Source: Candidatus Moanibacter sp. (GTDB taxonomy: Bacteria > Verrucomicrobiota > Verrucomicrobiia > Opitutales > UBA2987). From it: a stretch of DNA of 64,000 bases. A program made the position numbers and the translations under genes. Position 1 is the first letter of the stretch. Every line of letters starts with the position of its first letter. The stretch spans positions 64,001-128,000 of the forward strand of contig CBDCEW010000103.1 in the NCBI GenBank assembly GCA_965215885.1. The letters are read 5' to 3'. The notes beneath the pieces were generated by a model. The model had not been told where the DNA came from. It was given only the letters and a program-made list of their open reading frames with translations, and did not search any database. This document shows, one piece after another, positions 11,559-22,401 of the stretch.

Positions 11559-13052
11559 ATGAATATACTACCAACCAGAGCCGATTTTCTCGAACTGTCG
11601 AAGAAGGGTAACCTCATTCCCGTATACACAGATCTGATGGCCGACTTCGAGACGCCGGTTTCCGTGTATTCGAAACTGAATCGTTCCGGTCCCGCCTATC
11701 TCCTCGAATCGATTGAAGGTGGAGCCAACCTCTTTCGCTACTCCTTCATCGGCTGTCAACCGCGTAAGATATTCAACGTCTACTGGGACCACACCGAGGT
11801 GGAGGAACGCAATGGAGAGTTTATAACAAGGGATACTCCGGACGATCCTCTAACGATTATTGAAGAGGAAATGTCTTACTACAATCCGGTACGCCTGGAA
11901 GGAATGCCGCGCTTTATCGGGGGCGCAGTAGGATTTCTAGGTTACGAGTATATCTCGTGTGTAGAGCCCACTGTACCCCTTCCGGAGAGAGATCCCCATT
12001 GTATGCCGGTTCTCCACTTCATGATTACCGACACGGTGGTGATTTTCGACCGCGCCAATCAAACTTTGCGCCTTCTCATAAACTCACACATCGAGAACGA
12101 TCCGGAAAAAGCGTATGAAACCGCGGTTTCCGACATAGAAAGACTCTATCAAAGCCTTCAACAGGAGCGCTCCCTCGCACCCGTTCCTTTAGGCGCACTC
12201 GGAAAGATTGAGATTCCGCAAAGCAATTTTGCAAGAGAGGACTTTGAGGACCTCGTCCGAAAGAGCAAAGAGTATATCAAGGCGGGCGATTTCATTCAAG
12301 TTGTCCTGTCGCAGCGCTTTGAACAGGAGTTTTCGAATTCACCTCTCGATCTCTACCGCGCTCTTCGCACGGTAAACCCCTCCCCCTATATGTTCCTCTA
12401 TGAAACAAACGCATTTTCGCTCGTAGGGGCCTCCCCTGAAGTACACGTCAGACTGACAGACGGACTCGCCGAGGAGCGGCCGATTGCGGGCACTCGCCCG
12501 CGGGGAGAGACGTCCGAAGAAGATCTCGCTTTCGAGCGCGACCTTCTGGCCGACGAAAAAGAAAGGGCTGAACACCTAATGCTGGTAGATCTCTCTCGCA
12601 ATGATCTCGGGCGCGTATGCGATTTCGGCAGCGTTTCCGTTCCCGAATTTATGGTCGTAGAACGATACAGCCACGTCATGCACATTGTTTCTCAAGTGGA
12701 GGGCAAATTGAGCAGCGATAAAACCCCCTACGATCTTATGCGTGCCACATTTCCCGCCGGAACCGTCAGCGGCGCGCCCAAAGTGCGGGCAATGCAGGTG
12801 ATCGCCGAATTGGAGAATGAACGGCGTGGGCCTTACGCCGGCGCCGTCAGTTATTTCAGCTACGATGGAAATCTGGACTCCTGCATCGCTCTCCGTACCG
12901 CATTAATAAAAGACGGGCGCATCTTCATTCAATCCGGCGCGGGACTCGTCGCCGACTCCCAACCGGAAACGGAGTATGAAGAAACCCTCAACAAAGCCAA
13001 AGCCATGTTTTCAGCTGTCGCCCTGGCCGGAGAAATATCACCGATATCCTGA
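11559..13052 (+). CDS. trpE: Anthranilate synthase component I
   Basis: LLES, NPSPYM, PIAGTRPRG, KERAEHLMLVDL, FPAGTVSGAPK. Confidence 0.93.
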   Translation: MNILPTRADFLELSKKGNLIPVYTDLMADFETPVSVYSKLNRSGPAYLLESIEGGANLFRYSFIGCQPRKIFNVYWDHTEVEERNGEFITRDTPDDPLTIIEEEMSYYNPVRLEGMPRFIGGAVGFLGYEYISCVEPTVPLPERDPHCMPVLHFMITDTVVIFDRANQTLRLLINSHIENDPEKAYETAVSDIERLYQSLQQERSLAPVPLGALGKIEIPQSNFAREDFEDLVRKSKEYIKAGDFIQVVLSQRFEQEFSNSPLDLYRALRTVNPSPYMFLYETNAFSLVGASPEVHVRLTDGLAEERPIAGTRPRGETSEEDLAFERDLLADEKERAEHLMLVDLSRNDLGRVCDFGSVSVPEFMVVERYSHVMHIVSQVEGKLSSDKTPYDLMRATFPAGTVSGAPKVRAMQVIAELENERRGPYAGAVSYFSYDGNLDSCIALRTALIKDGRIFIQSGAGLVADSQPETEYEETLNKAKAMFSAVALAGEISPIS

Positions 13053-13222
13053 CACGCCCTCCTATGTCAAAGTCGTCAAATACTTCGAACCGATCGGCAT
13101 CGGTGCGTGTCTCTTTGCTCTACATAGCCAAATTTCCCCAGACACAATATGAAACCGAGTAGATCTTTCGAAAGAGGCATAAAATACGACAGGCTGCTGG
13201 GAGCGTCATTAAGCCTCTACAA

Positions 13223-14335
13223 ATGAGCGCAAGAGACGTTAAAGCTGCCGATGCTGAGCGAGACCTGAGTGAGACGCAGGCCCCTACCTCGAGCGCGTCG
13301 GACTCTCCTCCTGAGACCGGTGATGTCGATGAGATCAAAGTGAAGCGTCAGCCGTCCGGTGATCTCGATTCACAGCTCAGGCTCCAGGATCTGTATCCTT
13401 CCGACAAGAGCGCCCTGAAACTCTACTTGAACGAGATCAGTCAAATTTCACTCCTTTCGCTCGAGGAAGAGACCGCCCTGGCCCGCCGTATTAGGAGGGG
13501 CGACGAAGATGCCCGCATGCACATGATCAAGGCGAATCTTCGCCTCGTTGTCAAAATTGCCCGCGACTATTCCAACTTCGGATTGCCTCTGCTCGACCTT
13601 ATCAGCGAAGGAAACATAGGTCTTATTAAGGCGGTCGAACGCTTCGATCCGGACAAAGGCGGGAAACTCAGCACTTACGCCGCTTGGTGGATCAAGCAGA
13701 GTATCAAACGCGCCCTGGCAAATCAAAGTAAGACCATCAGACTGCCCGTCCACCTTGTCGACAAGATTGCAAAATTGCGCAAGGTCGCACTCTCCCTCTC
13801 AGAGGAACTGGGACGCGAGCCTTCCGATGACGAAATCGCCTTCGAAATGGGGCTGCCTGTAAATAAGGTCTCCCATCTGAAGAGCGTCAGCATCCGTCCC
13901 ACGTCTCTGGATGCGCCCATCGGTGACGATCACGGAACTGAATTTGGAGATCTCGTGGGAGACGAGAATGCCATCAACCCTTTTGAGTACCTCCGGAGTA
14001 AATCGATTATTCGCGACATCAACAGAATGATCGACCAGCTCGACTCCCGGGAAGCTCAGATCGTGCGCATGCGTTTCGGGCTCGACGGAGAAAAACCCAG
14101 GACGCTGGAAGAGGTAGGCCAATACTTCCATATTACCAGAGAAAGGGTCCGTCAGCTCCAAAATATGGCCTTGGCAAGAATGCGAAAGTTAATTGCCCGC
14201 AAGGAACACCAAAGATCGACCGAGGAAATACGGGAAGAGCAGCTCCGGGAAGAGCGAATGAAAGTGCTGCGGGAATTTTACTCGGCAAGTTCTGTGGACG
14301 ACATTTCAAAGCCGGACATTTCACACACTTCGTAG
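13223..14335 (+). CDS. Sigma70 (RpoD/RpoS-like) sigma factor lacking region 1.1
   Basis: ANLRLVVKIA, DLISEGNIGL, STYAAWWIKQ, TIRLPVH, TLEEVG, TRERVRQ. Confidence 0.92.
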   Translation: MSARDVKAADAERDLSETQAPTSSASDSPPETGDVDEIKVKRQPSGDLDSQLRLQDLYPSDKSALKLYLNEISQISLLSLEEETALARRIRRGDEDARMHMIKANLRLVVKIARDYSNFGLPLLDLISEGNIGLIKAVERFDPDKGGKLSTYAAWWIKQSIKRALANQSKTIRLPVHLVDKIAKLRKVALSLSEELGREPSDDEIAFEMGLPVNKVSHLKSVSIRPTSLDAPIGDDHGTEFGDLVGDENAINPFEYLRSKSIIRDINRMIDQLDSREAQIVRMRFGLDGEKPRTLEEVGQYFHITRERVRQLQNMALARMRKLIARKEHQRSTEEIREEQLREERMKVLREFYSASSVDDISKPDISHTS

Positions 14336-14484
14336 CGAGACCGCGTAGATTGCTGCGTATCAAAGCCTTTCCGCAGCACGGCGGGCGACAGCGTGTTGGA
14401 ACCCTCTGAGGTCGCCGGGTAAGGGAAGGCTTTGAGACGCAGTGAGATCCGCGGTCGTAGTAGAAGCTTTGTTAAATGTTCGGG
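14312..14484 (+). repeat. ~174-bp palindromic element, family A, copy 1 (a 28-bp start of another copy follows at 14489-14516)
   Basis: CCGGACATTTCACACACTTCGTAGCGAGA...AAATGTTCGGG; near-identical to five other copies. Confidence 0.9.
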
Positions 14485-14530
14485 TTAACCCGGACATTTC
14501 ACACACTTCGTAGCGAAGTCCGACAGATTC

Positions 14531-16195
14531 CTATTTCGTCGCCTCGTCCAGAATATCGCCCAGACTTGTCAGCTCGTCACGTCCGATTGATTCATACGCT
14601 GCTGTTTCCGCCGCAAGTTGCTCTGAGTCATAATTGGCCGCCTTGATGCTGAGTCCGATTCGTCGATCATCGCGATCAATCTGAATAACACGAGTCGTAA
14701 CCTCCATCCCGTGCTGCAACACGTCCTTCACTTTCTCAACCCTCTCCTCACTTATCTGGCTAATATGGACGAGTCCATCGATGCCATGGTCCAGCTCGAC
14801 GAATGCGCCATAGGAAGTCATTTTGCTCACCTTACCCGTCACCACATCCCCGATCTTGTAGAACGTATCGATTTCGCTCCAGGGATCACTTGTGAGTTGC
14901 TTCATTCCCAGTGAAATGCGCTGACTCTCGGCCACCACATCGAGGACTATGGCATCCACTTCCTCTCCCTTTCTTACGATTTCACTGGGATGATTTATCT
15001 TGCGCGTCCACGACATGTCAGAGACATGAATCATGCCATCTATGCCTTCCTCAAGTTCGACGAATGCTCCGTAACTGGTGAGATTGCGTACTTTCCCTCG
15101 AACTCGTGCTCCCACCGGATAATTGTGCTTTACCATATCCCACGGATTTTGATCAAGTTGGCGCACACTGAGGGATATCTTTTGGTCGTCCTTCTGAATG
15201 CCCAGAACGACGGCGTCGATCTCTTCTCCAACTCTTAAGACCTCGTTGGGTTTGTTGATCCTCTTAGTCCACGAAAGCTCTGTCACGTGGACGAGACCTT
15301 CCACACCTTCCTCAAGCTCCACAAAAGCGCCGTAGGGTACAAGATTTACCACCTTTCCCCGGACCTGCGCGGTCACCGGATACCGCGTCTCTATACCTTC
15401 CCAGGGATTCGGGGTCGTCTGTTTCAGTCCCAGCGAAACCCGTTCACGGTCGCGGTCGACTTCAATTATCATGATGCTCACTTCTTCGCCCACCTTAACC
15501 ATTTCACTCGGATGGGAGATCCGCCCCCAACTCATGTCCGTTATGTGCAGCAGACCGTCCAATCCGTCCAGGTCGATGAATGCGCCGTAATCAGTGATGT
15601 TCTTAACTACTCCCCGTCGGACATCGCCGGGTTTTACTTCCGCCAGGAGTTCCCTCCGTTTTATCAGTCGTTGTTCCTCGATCAGTTCACGCCGGGAAAC
15701 TACGATGTTTTTCCGATCCTGGTTGATCTTCAGCACCTTAAAATCAAACGTCTGCCCAACGTATTGATCGAGATTCTTCGGTGGTTGAACGTCGATCTGC
15801 GAAGCGGGCAGGAATGAATCAACTCCAATGTTTACAATCAATCCCCCCTTAACTTTTGCCTTTACCCGGCCCGAAACTACCGAACCTTCCTCACACTTCG
15901 CCAGGATCTTCTCCCAGTTCTTTTTCTGCTCCGCCTTTTCGTAAGACAATATCGGGTTGCCGTCGCGGTCTTCCAGCCGCTCCAGGAATACCTCGATTTC
16001 TGCGCCGATCTGAAGCTCCCCTACATCGACAAATTCCGATGCGGAAATTCCCCCTTCCGCCTTGGCGCCGATATCTATGACGACTTCATTCTCTCTTATT
16101 TCAGTTATCGTACCGAGAACGATAGCGCCCTCTTTCAGGTTCTCAAAGCTGCTCTCGGCAAGCAATTCTTCCATAACGGAGGAACTCATAGGCAA
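14531..16195 (-). CDS. rpsA: 30S ribosomal protein S1
   Basis: Six S1 repeats (YGAFVEL, DGLLHITDMSW, RISLGMKQ). Confidence 0.97.
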   Translation of the reverse strand: MPMSSSVMEELLAESSFENLKEGAIVLGTITEIRENEVVIDIGAKAEGGISASEFVDVGELQIGAEIEVFLERLEDRDGNPILSYEKAEQKKNWEKILAKCEEGSVVSGRVKAKVKGGLIVNIGVDSFLPASQIDVQPPKNLDQYVGQTFDFKVLKINQDRKNIVVSRRELIEEQRLIKRRELLAEVKPGDVRRGVVKNITDYGAFIDLDGLDGLLHITDMSWGRISHPSEMVKVGEEVSIMIIEVDRDRERVSLGLKQTTPNPWEGIETRYPVTAQVRGKVVNLVPYGAFVELEEGVEGLVHVTELSWTKRINKPNEVLRVGEEIDAVVLGIQKDDQKISLSVRQLDQNPWDMVKHNYPVGARVRGKVRNLTSYGAFVELEEGIDGMIHVSDMSWTRKINHPSEIVRKGEEVDAIVLDVVAESQRISLGMKQLTSDPWSEIDTFYKIGDVVTGKVSKMTSYGAFVELDHGIDGLVHISQISEERVEKVKDVLQHGMEVTTRVIQIDRDDRRIGLSIKAANYDSEQLAAETAAYESIGRDELTSLGDILDEATK

Positions 16196-16476
16196 AATCT
16201 CTCTTCCTTTCCTACTCGGTCTTTTTCGTCTGTTCTCTTATCGGCTGTAATTTATCCCACAAAAGTAATTCCGGGCCAAATTAACACCGTTTCAATTGAA
16301 TAGCTCTTAAAAATCCAAACGATGCGAACTTTAACCGGACCCTGGGGCACTGAAACTGCCCTGGAAATAGGGGAAAGCGAATGAAACTGAAGTTTAATCC
16401 CAGGTCCTGCAAGCAAAAAACCAGTGCCGAGACTTCACCCTATTGTTTCAAGAATTCGAGAATGAAATGATGGGGA

Positions 16477-17361
16477 TCAGTATACTACTTTATTGAGCGG
16501 ATACTCGATTATACCTTCTGCGCCCTCCTCTTTTAACAAGGGGATGATCTCCCTCACCACCTTCTCGCTGACAATCGTGTCGAGTGCCACCCATCTTTCG
16601 TCCGCCAACCGGCTAACTGTGGGGTTCCTCAAAGCCGGAAGTCTCTCCAGCAATCGGTCGAGATTTTCTTTTCGACAGTTGAGCTTCAGGCCGACCTTCT
16701 TGCTGGCCTCCAACGCCGCTTGTAGCAGCATCGCGATCTCTTCAATCTTGCGGCGCTTCTCCGGAATTTCCCAGCTCTCCCTGTTCGCAATCAGCTTTGT
16801 GTTCGTAGTAAGTAACGTATCGATTATGCGTAGTTGGTTTGCGCGTATCGTACTCCCCGTCTCCGTGATTTCGACTATCGCGTCAACCATCTCCGGAACT
16901 TTTGCTTCCGTCGCGCCCCAGGAAAATTCGACTTCGGCCTCAACCCCCTTTTCTTTTAAAAAACTCTTCGTAATATTGACCACCTCTGTCGCAATCCGTT
17001 TCCCCTGCAGATCTTCTACCCTGATCACCGGCGAACTCTCCGGTACTACCAGCACCCATTCTGCCCGCAGGGTAGAATCTCGATTGTAGATCAGATCGCA
17101 GACTTCCACCACATCCGACCCGTTCTCCACTACCCAATCATATCCGCATAGTCCGCAATCGAAATAGCCGTGCTCAACGTAACGGCTCATTTCTTGCGAT
17201 CGCACGAACTTGCCATCCACATCAGCGTCATCGATCACCGGCCGATAGGACCGCGAACTCCTCGTAATGGCCCATCCGGCTTTCGCAAAGAGCTGAATCG
17301 TGGCTTCTTCCAAGCTGCCGCTTGGCAATCCCAGCATAAGCAATTTGTTTCCTTCTGACAT
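16477..17361 (-). CDS. hisG: ATP phosphoribosyltransferase (long form)
   Basis: GLPSGSL, RIATE, SWGATEAK, DAIVEITETGSTIRAN, C-terminal ACT-like domain. Confidence 0.93.
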   Translation of the reverse strand: MSEGNKLLMLGLPSGSLEEATIQLFAKAGWAITRSSRSYRPVIDDADVDGKFVRSQEMSRYVEHGYFDCGLCGYDWVVENGSDVVEVCDLIYNRDSTLRAEWVLVVPESSPVIRVEDLQGKRIATEVVNITKSFLKEKGVEAEVEFSWGATEAKVPEMVDAIVEITETGSTIRANQLRIIDTLLTTNTKLIANRESWEIPEKRRKIEEIAMLLQAALEASKKVGLKLNCRKENLDRLLERLPALRNPTVSRLADERWVALDTIVSEKVVREIIPLLKEEGAEGIIEYPLNKVVY

Positions 17362-17718
17362 ACGTGATTACCTTGGATTCTGAAACAGTATCCGCAATTG
17401 TGAAGCGAAAAATATCAGCAAACGTTCACGTTTATCAAGGCTCCTCGGAAGCGGTTTCTCTGAACCTGTTTAGCGGTATCCGAAATCCCCCGGCCTTGCG
17501 CGCCGCAGGGGATCATTAGGATTTCGTGCTATACACGGACTGAGATTCCCAGACGAATTGTAAAAAAATAATAAAAATATTGTAAAAATCCCTGAAAATC
17601 TGTTTATTAGAAAATTAATAAGAATTACGGATATGGGCGCAAACAGGTGTGTGACTTGAAATTCTCGACATTGAAGGAGGTCACGAGACTCAGGCGCAGA
17701 TCGTAAAAACCTAATTAG

Positions 17719-18468
17719 ATGGCTGCCAAACCCAAACCTCTAGTCCTGATCGTCGAGGACGAGAAAGAATTGGCCATGCTCATCGCGGAACAGTTGGAAA
17801 TGGCCGGAATGATGACTCAAGTATATCATCGGGCCTCAAACGTTCCTCGCTTTCTAAGTAAGAATTTTGCCAACCTCCTTCTCCTCGATGTCAATCTGCC
17901 GGATTCAACCGGTTTCGCCCTCCTGGAGGAACTTAAAAAGGAAAATATCCAGGTTCCAGTGATCTTCCTTACGGCCAGCACTTCGGAAGTTCACAAAGTT
18001 AAAGGGTTGGACATGGGCGGCGATGATTACATTACCAAACCTTTCAGTTTCCCGGAGCTTATCGCCCGCATACACGCAGTCCTTCGACGTGCCGAAACAG
18101 CTCAAGACTTCCACATTACCAAAAACGCCAAACTGAATCAGGAGGTCTTTGAGTTTTGCGGCGCCGACATTAATCCCACCCGTTTGGAAGTATCCTTCAG
18201 CGACGGTAAGACCATAAAGATCGGTCGCAAAGAGCTGGGAATTCTCACCTACCTGGTATCGAACAAAGGAACAGTCCTCACCCGCCGCAGCCTCATTCAT
18301 GCCGTCTGGGGCATCCATGCCGATGTCAGAAGTCGCTCCCTCGATCAATACATCGTAAAAATCAGAGATGCATTTACGTCGCACGGATGCGAACTCGAGA
18401 GCTTCCAGACGATACACGGCGTAGGATATATCTACGACCCTGAAGGAACAGGCAGCCCCGTCGCCTAG
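17719..18468 (+). CDS. OmpR/PhoB-family response regulator (orphan)
   Basis: LIVEDE, LLDVNLPD, GGDDYITKPF receiver domain and winged helix ending TIHGVGY. Confidence 0.93.
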   Translation: MAAKPKPLVLIVEDEKELAMLIAEQLEMAGMMTQVYHRASNVPRFLSKNFANLLLLDVNLPDSTGFALLEELKKENIQVPVIFLTASTSEVHKVKGLDMGGDDYITKPFSFPELIARIHAVLRRAETAQDFHITKNAKLNQEVFEFCGADINPTRLEVSFSDGKTIKIGRKELGILTYLVSNKGTVLTRRSLIHAVWGIHADVRSRSLDQYIVKIRDAFTSHGCELESFQTIHGVGYIYDPEGTGSPVA

Positions 18469-18833
18469 AAATCCTTCTAACACTGTTTCTCTCCCCAATT
18501 CCGTTATAAGTCTGCAAATTCTCACTCCATCCACCCCGGCCGTCCGTCTTCGCTCCGCTCTTCCGAGACATGCCGGACACCCATCCCCGAGATCGGATCT
18601 ATTCACTGCGGGGTTAGTTGATCAAGTTCCCCTCCTGGGAGGGGCAAGGGGTGGGTTTATTCGAAGCCGATATTCGTCTTGATAAAAAATGTCCGCCAAT
18701 CGCCCGCGAATCGGCCCGCGGTGAGCACAGTCGAATCCGCCGCAATGCACAATCACACCCAGTCAGCGGAATACTTCCGCGAATACCGAAAAGCCTGTCC
18801 TGAGCTTGTCGAAGGACTAACTCCGAAAGATTC

Positions 18834-21479
18834 CTAGCGCCTTCCGTCAAATCTCCGATTCACCGCACCTCCCGGTGTGACCATCGCGGGATTCTGAAAA
18901 AGCGCACCCGGATCTATGGAGCGAAATTGCTGCTGTGCCGGCGAACCTCCCGGACTTATCAGATTGGCGGTCACGAATATCAACAGATTGCGTTTCTGCG
19001 ACGATTCCCCTTTCGATTTAAAGAGCCGGCCGATCAAAGGAATGTCACCTAACACAGGTACTTTATCTTCCACGGTTTGAACCTGCTCACGTGTCAGCCC
19101 CCCCATCACGACGGTCGCGCCATCCCAAATCGTCACTTCCGTTCGCACCCGCCTCACCGAAAAAATCGGCTGAAAAAATCCTGCCGGCACCGTAACATTA
19201 ATACTGCCTGAGATTGCCACGCTGGGACCGCCATACTCGACAAACCCCTCAAATTCCGTCACCCGTGGCTCAAGCAGGAGACTGATGCTATTGTCGTCTT
19301 CCACGGTCGGTGTGACTTCCATTTCAACGCCAATATTCCTCACCACGAAATCCTGTGGAGTGCCTGCGGTAATCGTTACTCCGGCGGCTCCAGTATTGCT
19401 CGCCCCACTCCCCACTTCGGATTCGATATCACCGAAAGATTCCGGATATCGAAACTCCTGCGCAACCACGATCTCAGCCGTCTTGCCCGACAAAACCGTA
19501 ACTTTCGGGGCACTCATCAAGTCACTTCCCTCTTTGCGGGAAAGAGCGCGAATAACCGCATTGACCTCCCAGGCCCCAATCACCCCGGATATCTCGGCCA
19601 GATTCCCCGCTTCCTCCCCCAAATCCAAGGCATTGGGTAGAATCGGTGCGGCATTGCTCGCAATTTTCTGCGCGTTTAAAAGTATGTCCGTCTCGGCCGA
19701 GTCGACACTAAACGCGTCCGTAAGCGATCGATTGACCGTTTGATAATTGTCCCCGCTATTGGTTATTGCCCATTTTACGCCAAGCTCTTCCAAATCACCC
19801 TGTCGCACCTCTAGAAACTTTGCTTCGATCTCAACTTGTTTGATCTCGCTGTAACGACGCAATATATTGCGCACCTTTTCCAGGTTTCGCGTCGTATTCG
19901 TTACAATCAATTGCCCGTCTGCTAATGCAAGGTTAGCATTCGGCACTCCATCGAATGGTACGCCGGCTCGTTGCAAAAAGCTCTTTAGCGCCTCTTCCTC
20001 CCCCCCATGCGATCTCGCCACACCGGACTGCGTTTCAGGGACGGGAGCGAAAGGATCGTATGATACTGAACGGGAACCGTATTTGGCCCCAATCCCTGTA
20101 AGCCGAATTATCGTAGAACGGGAAATAGGATAAAATTCAGTCTCCAATCGAATTCCCCCGCCCATTCCCTGTCGGACCACAACGGCATCAGCTTGAATGT
20201 CGTATTCGTAACCTGCCGATTCAACGACGAAATCAAGAATTCGATTCAGCGGTAGATTTCGTAAAGTAATGTTCACCGTCGGATCGCTCCCCGCCGGATC
20301 CAGCATTACAAAATTAACGCCCTCTCGTTCTGGATCGTAGTCGACCGATAGCTCCGACAGAGTGTCGATTACCCGGCTAAGGGCGACACCGCCAAAACTC
20401 ACCCGGGGCAGGACTATTCGCTGCAACTTCTCTCGTAGTCCGTTCTCCTCCTCGCCTCCTCCCGCACCGGATTCACGATCGAAAACCTGAGGTCGCTGCC
20501 ATCCCTGGCCCACCTCATGGAGCATTTCACCTTTTGTTTTGTATCGATCCAATCGTCCAACCTCTTGCCTCTCTTCCGCGATTCTGGCCTGGTAATGCTT
20601 CGCCTCGACGTTCCCCGGGTCGGCGGCCTCGATCTGAGCAAATGTTCCTTTCGCGGCCTCCAAATAGCCTCTTTCGAATTGAGATATTCCCAGCGCCGCC
20701 AGTTCTTCCAACTCCCTCTCTCTTTCATCGAGAGCGGGTGAATACTCTCTCAGGGAAGCTCGCTCCGTTCCTCGATCCCTTCCCGCAAGCTTTCTGGAGA
20801 GACTCTCCGACCGCTCGTCACGTCCACCCAGCTTCTCAAACCTGGCCAGCAGGTTGCGCGATCGATCGACTTCCTTCGCGAAGTAGGCTTCCTCGGCCTG
20901 TTCAAATATAATGTCGCGTTTCAACGATTTCAGCTCATCCAACATAGGAGCTGTTTTGATTGAAACCGGCAACGTCTCAAGGGCTCGATTTATAATTGCC
21001 AGCGCCACCTCATACTCTCCCGAAACCATGAGCTCTTCTGCCGACACACGCGCAACCTGAGCCTCCTCTAATGCCAGCTCCTGCCTCTCCGCTTCCGCCT
21101 TCACCATGGCATCGAGGGCATCGATATCCATTCCAGCGGAAACCGAACCCGTAATCGGGCTCCCTTCGACACTGGGAAAGCCCGGCGGGGTATTATTCGG
21201 GGAGACCAAATCTCCCTCTCCCGTGACTGCCGCCATGTCGATTCTTTCATTCACCCCACGAAGGAGCCGCTCCAAATTTGGATCGCTCGGGTAGGCGTAG
21301 CGCAACTGTTCGAGGAACTGTCTCGCCGTCACAAGATCGCCCGCATCGCGAGCCCTCAGTGCCGCCGCCATGAGTTCGAATTTCTCCTCGCTTCCGATTT
21401 CTGCGCATGAGACACCCGTAGGAACACTCAGCTGAACGAGCAACCCCAGCACAAGACAGGAAAGATAGGAATACTTCAC
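18834..21479 (-). CDS. Secretin with N-terminal TPR-like region (Amuc_1098 / GspD-PilQ-like)
   Basis: Signal peptide; QVEIEAKFLEV, DLMSAPKVT, DKVPVLGDIPLIGRLFKS, NLLIFVTA. Confidence 0.9.
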   Translation of the reverse strand: MKYSYLSCLVLGLLVQLSVPTGVSCAEIGSEEKFELMAAALRARDAGDLVTARQFLEQLRYAYPSDPNLERLLRGVNERIDMAAVTGEGDLVSPNNTPPGFPSVEGSPITGSVSAGMDIDALDAMVKAEAERQELALEEAQVARVSAEELMVSGEYEVALAIINRALETLPVSIKTAPMLDELKSLKRDIIFEQAEEAYFAKEVDRSRNLLARFEKLGGRDERSESLSRKLAGRDRGTERASLREYSPALDERERELEELAALGISQFERGYLEAAKGTFAQIEAADPGNVEAKHYQARIAEERQEVGRLDRYKTKGEMLHEVGQGWQRPQVFDRESGAGGGEEENGLREKLQRIVLPRVSFGGVALSRVIDTLSELSVDYDPEREGVNFVMLDPAGSDPTVNITLRNLPLNRILDFVVESAGYEYDIQADAVVVRQGMGGGIRLETEFYPISRSTIIRLTGIGAKYGSRSVSYDPFAPVPETQSGVARSHGGEEEALKSFLQRAGVPFDGVPNANLALADGQLIVTNTTRNLEKVRNILRRYSEIKQVEIEAKFLEVRQGDLEELGVKWAITNSGDNYQTVNRSLTDAFSVDSAETDILLNAQKIASNAAPILPNALDLGEEAGNLAEISGVIGAWEVNAVIRALSRKEGSDLMSAPKVTVLSGKTAEIVVAQEFRYPESFGDIESEVGSGASNTGAAGVTITAGTPQDFVVRNIGVEMEVTPTVEDDNSISLLLEPRVTEFEGFVEYGGPSVAISGSINVTVPAGFFQPIFSVRRVRTEVTIWDGATVVMGGLTREQVQTVEDKVPVLGDIPLIGRLFKSKGESSQKRNLLIFVTANLISPGGSPAQQQFRSIDPGALFQNPAMVTPGGAVNRRFDGRR

Positions 21480-21559
21480 CGGCTACACTCGGAAACTAAA
21501 CGGAGCGCCGCACATCTACCTCTAAGAAGACTGCATTAAGGTCAGCAATACCCAGTGCC

Positions 21560-22387
21560 TCATTGGGTAAGCAAGAGGGTCCTCGTATCGGTTTCATCGC
21601 TTTGCGCTCCACTCTTTTCCAGAGTTACGTTTTGATTTACAAGATCAATCTTTCGCAATGCGAGAATTATATCGCCCACCTCCATCACCGCGCCCTCTCT
21701 CAACTGAAAATTTCGCGAACCAGCTCTCGTCGATCTCAGTATCGCCTCCACTCCAGGATAATAGGTGGGTTCCTTTCCAAGCGTATAGATTCTCCCCTCA
21801 CGTATGTCAAAAACCCCTAACGCGATATCTTCAACGACGTAGGGTGTCCGTCCTGCTTCTTCAGGATGGATCAGATTTCGATTGATCATGAAAGAAAGAA
21901 TAGTGAATTCTTCCTCCGAAAAGTGGTCATTCACACGCCCGCGCAAACCCCTCTCCATCTCTCTTTCTTTAATCAACACCGTGTAATCACCTTCTTCGCC
22001 CACATAACCCTCAAACAGCAATCGGTAGGGCCTCCGAGCGAAGCCCACCAACTCGACTCCAAACTCGTTTTCCGTTTCTTCCGATTGCAGGGGTGGCTCC
22101 AGGGTGAATGTATTCGTTTCGCGACTGTAGTACACGATCGGCGGTGTGAAGACTTCGAATATCGCCTTTTCATCCCAGGATTGCCTGGCCGGTTCTCGCC
22201 ATTGCCTCTCCGCCCTCGCCGTATCAACAGGCATTATTGTCCTATAAGGACGATCTACCAGGACCGAACCAGATACCTCCTCCACTTGCCCCTTTCGACC
22301 ACTCGCGCCCAATACGTACCATATTGAGCTGACCAGGAGTAGCGTTACACTGCCTCCTGCAAGTCCCTTGCTTAATCCGTCTCGCAT
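21560..22387 (-). CDS. Amuc_1099-like membrane-anchored pilus-system protein
   Basis: N-terminal TM segment and FEVFTPPIVYY. Call rests mainly on position between the secretin and the Amuc_1100-like gene. Confidence 0.55.
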   Translation of the reverse strand: MRDGLSKGLAGGSVTLLLVSSIWYVLGASGRKGQVEEVSGSVLVDRPYRTIMPVDTARAERQWREPARQSWDEKAIFEVFTPPIVYYSRETNTFTLEPPLQSEETENEFGVELVGFARRPYRLLFEGYVGEEGDYTVLIKEREMERGLRGRVNDHFSEEEFTILSFMINRNLIHPEEAGRTPYVVEDIALGVFDIREGRIYTLGKEPTYYPGVEAILRSTRAGSRNFQLREGAVMEVGDIILALRKIDLVNQNVTLEKSGAQSDETDTRTLLLTQ

Positions 22388-22401
22388 TTGTGTCCCTCTA
22401 G

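Noticed and set aside
16335..16410. Possible structured leader upstream of rpsA (GGACCCTGGG/CCCAGGTCC, GGGCA/TGCCC)
   Set aside because: Short stems in a single sequence, with no covariation evidence available
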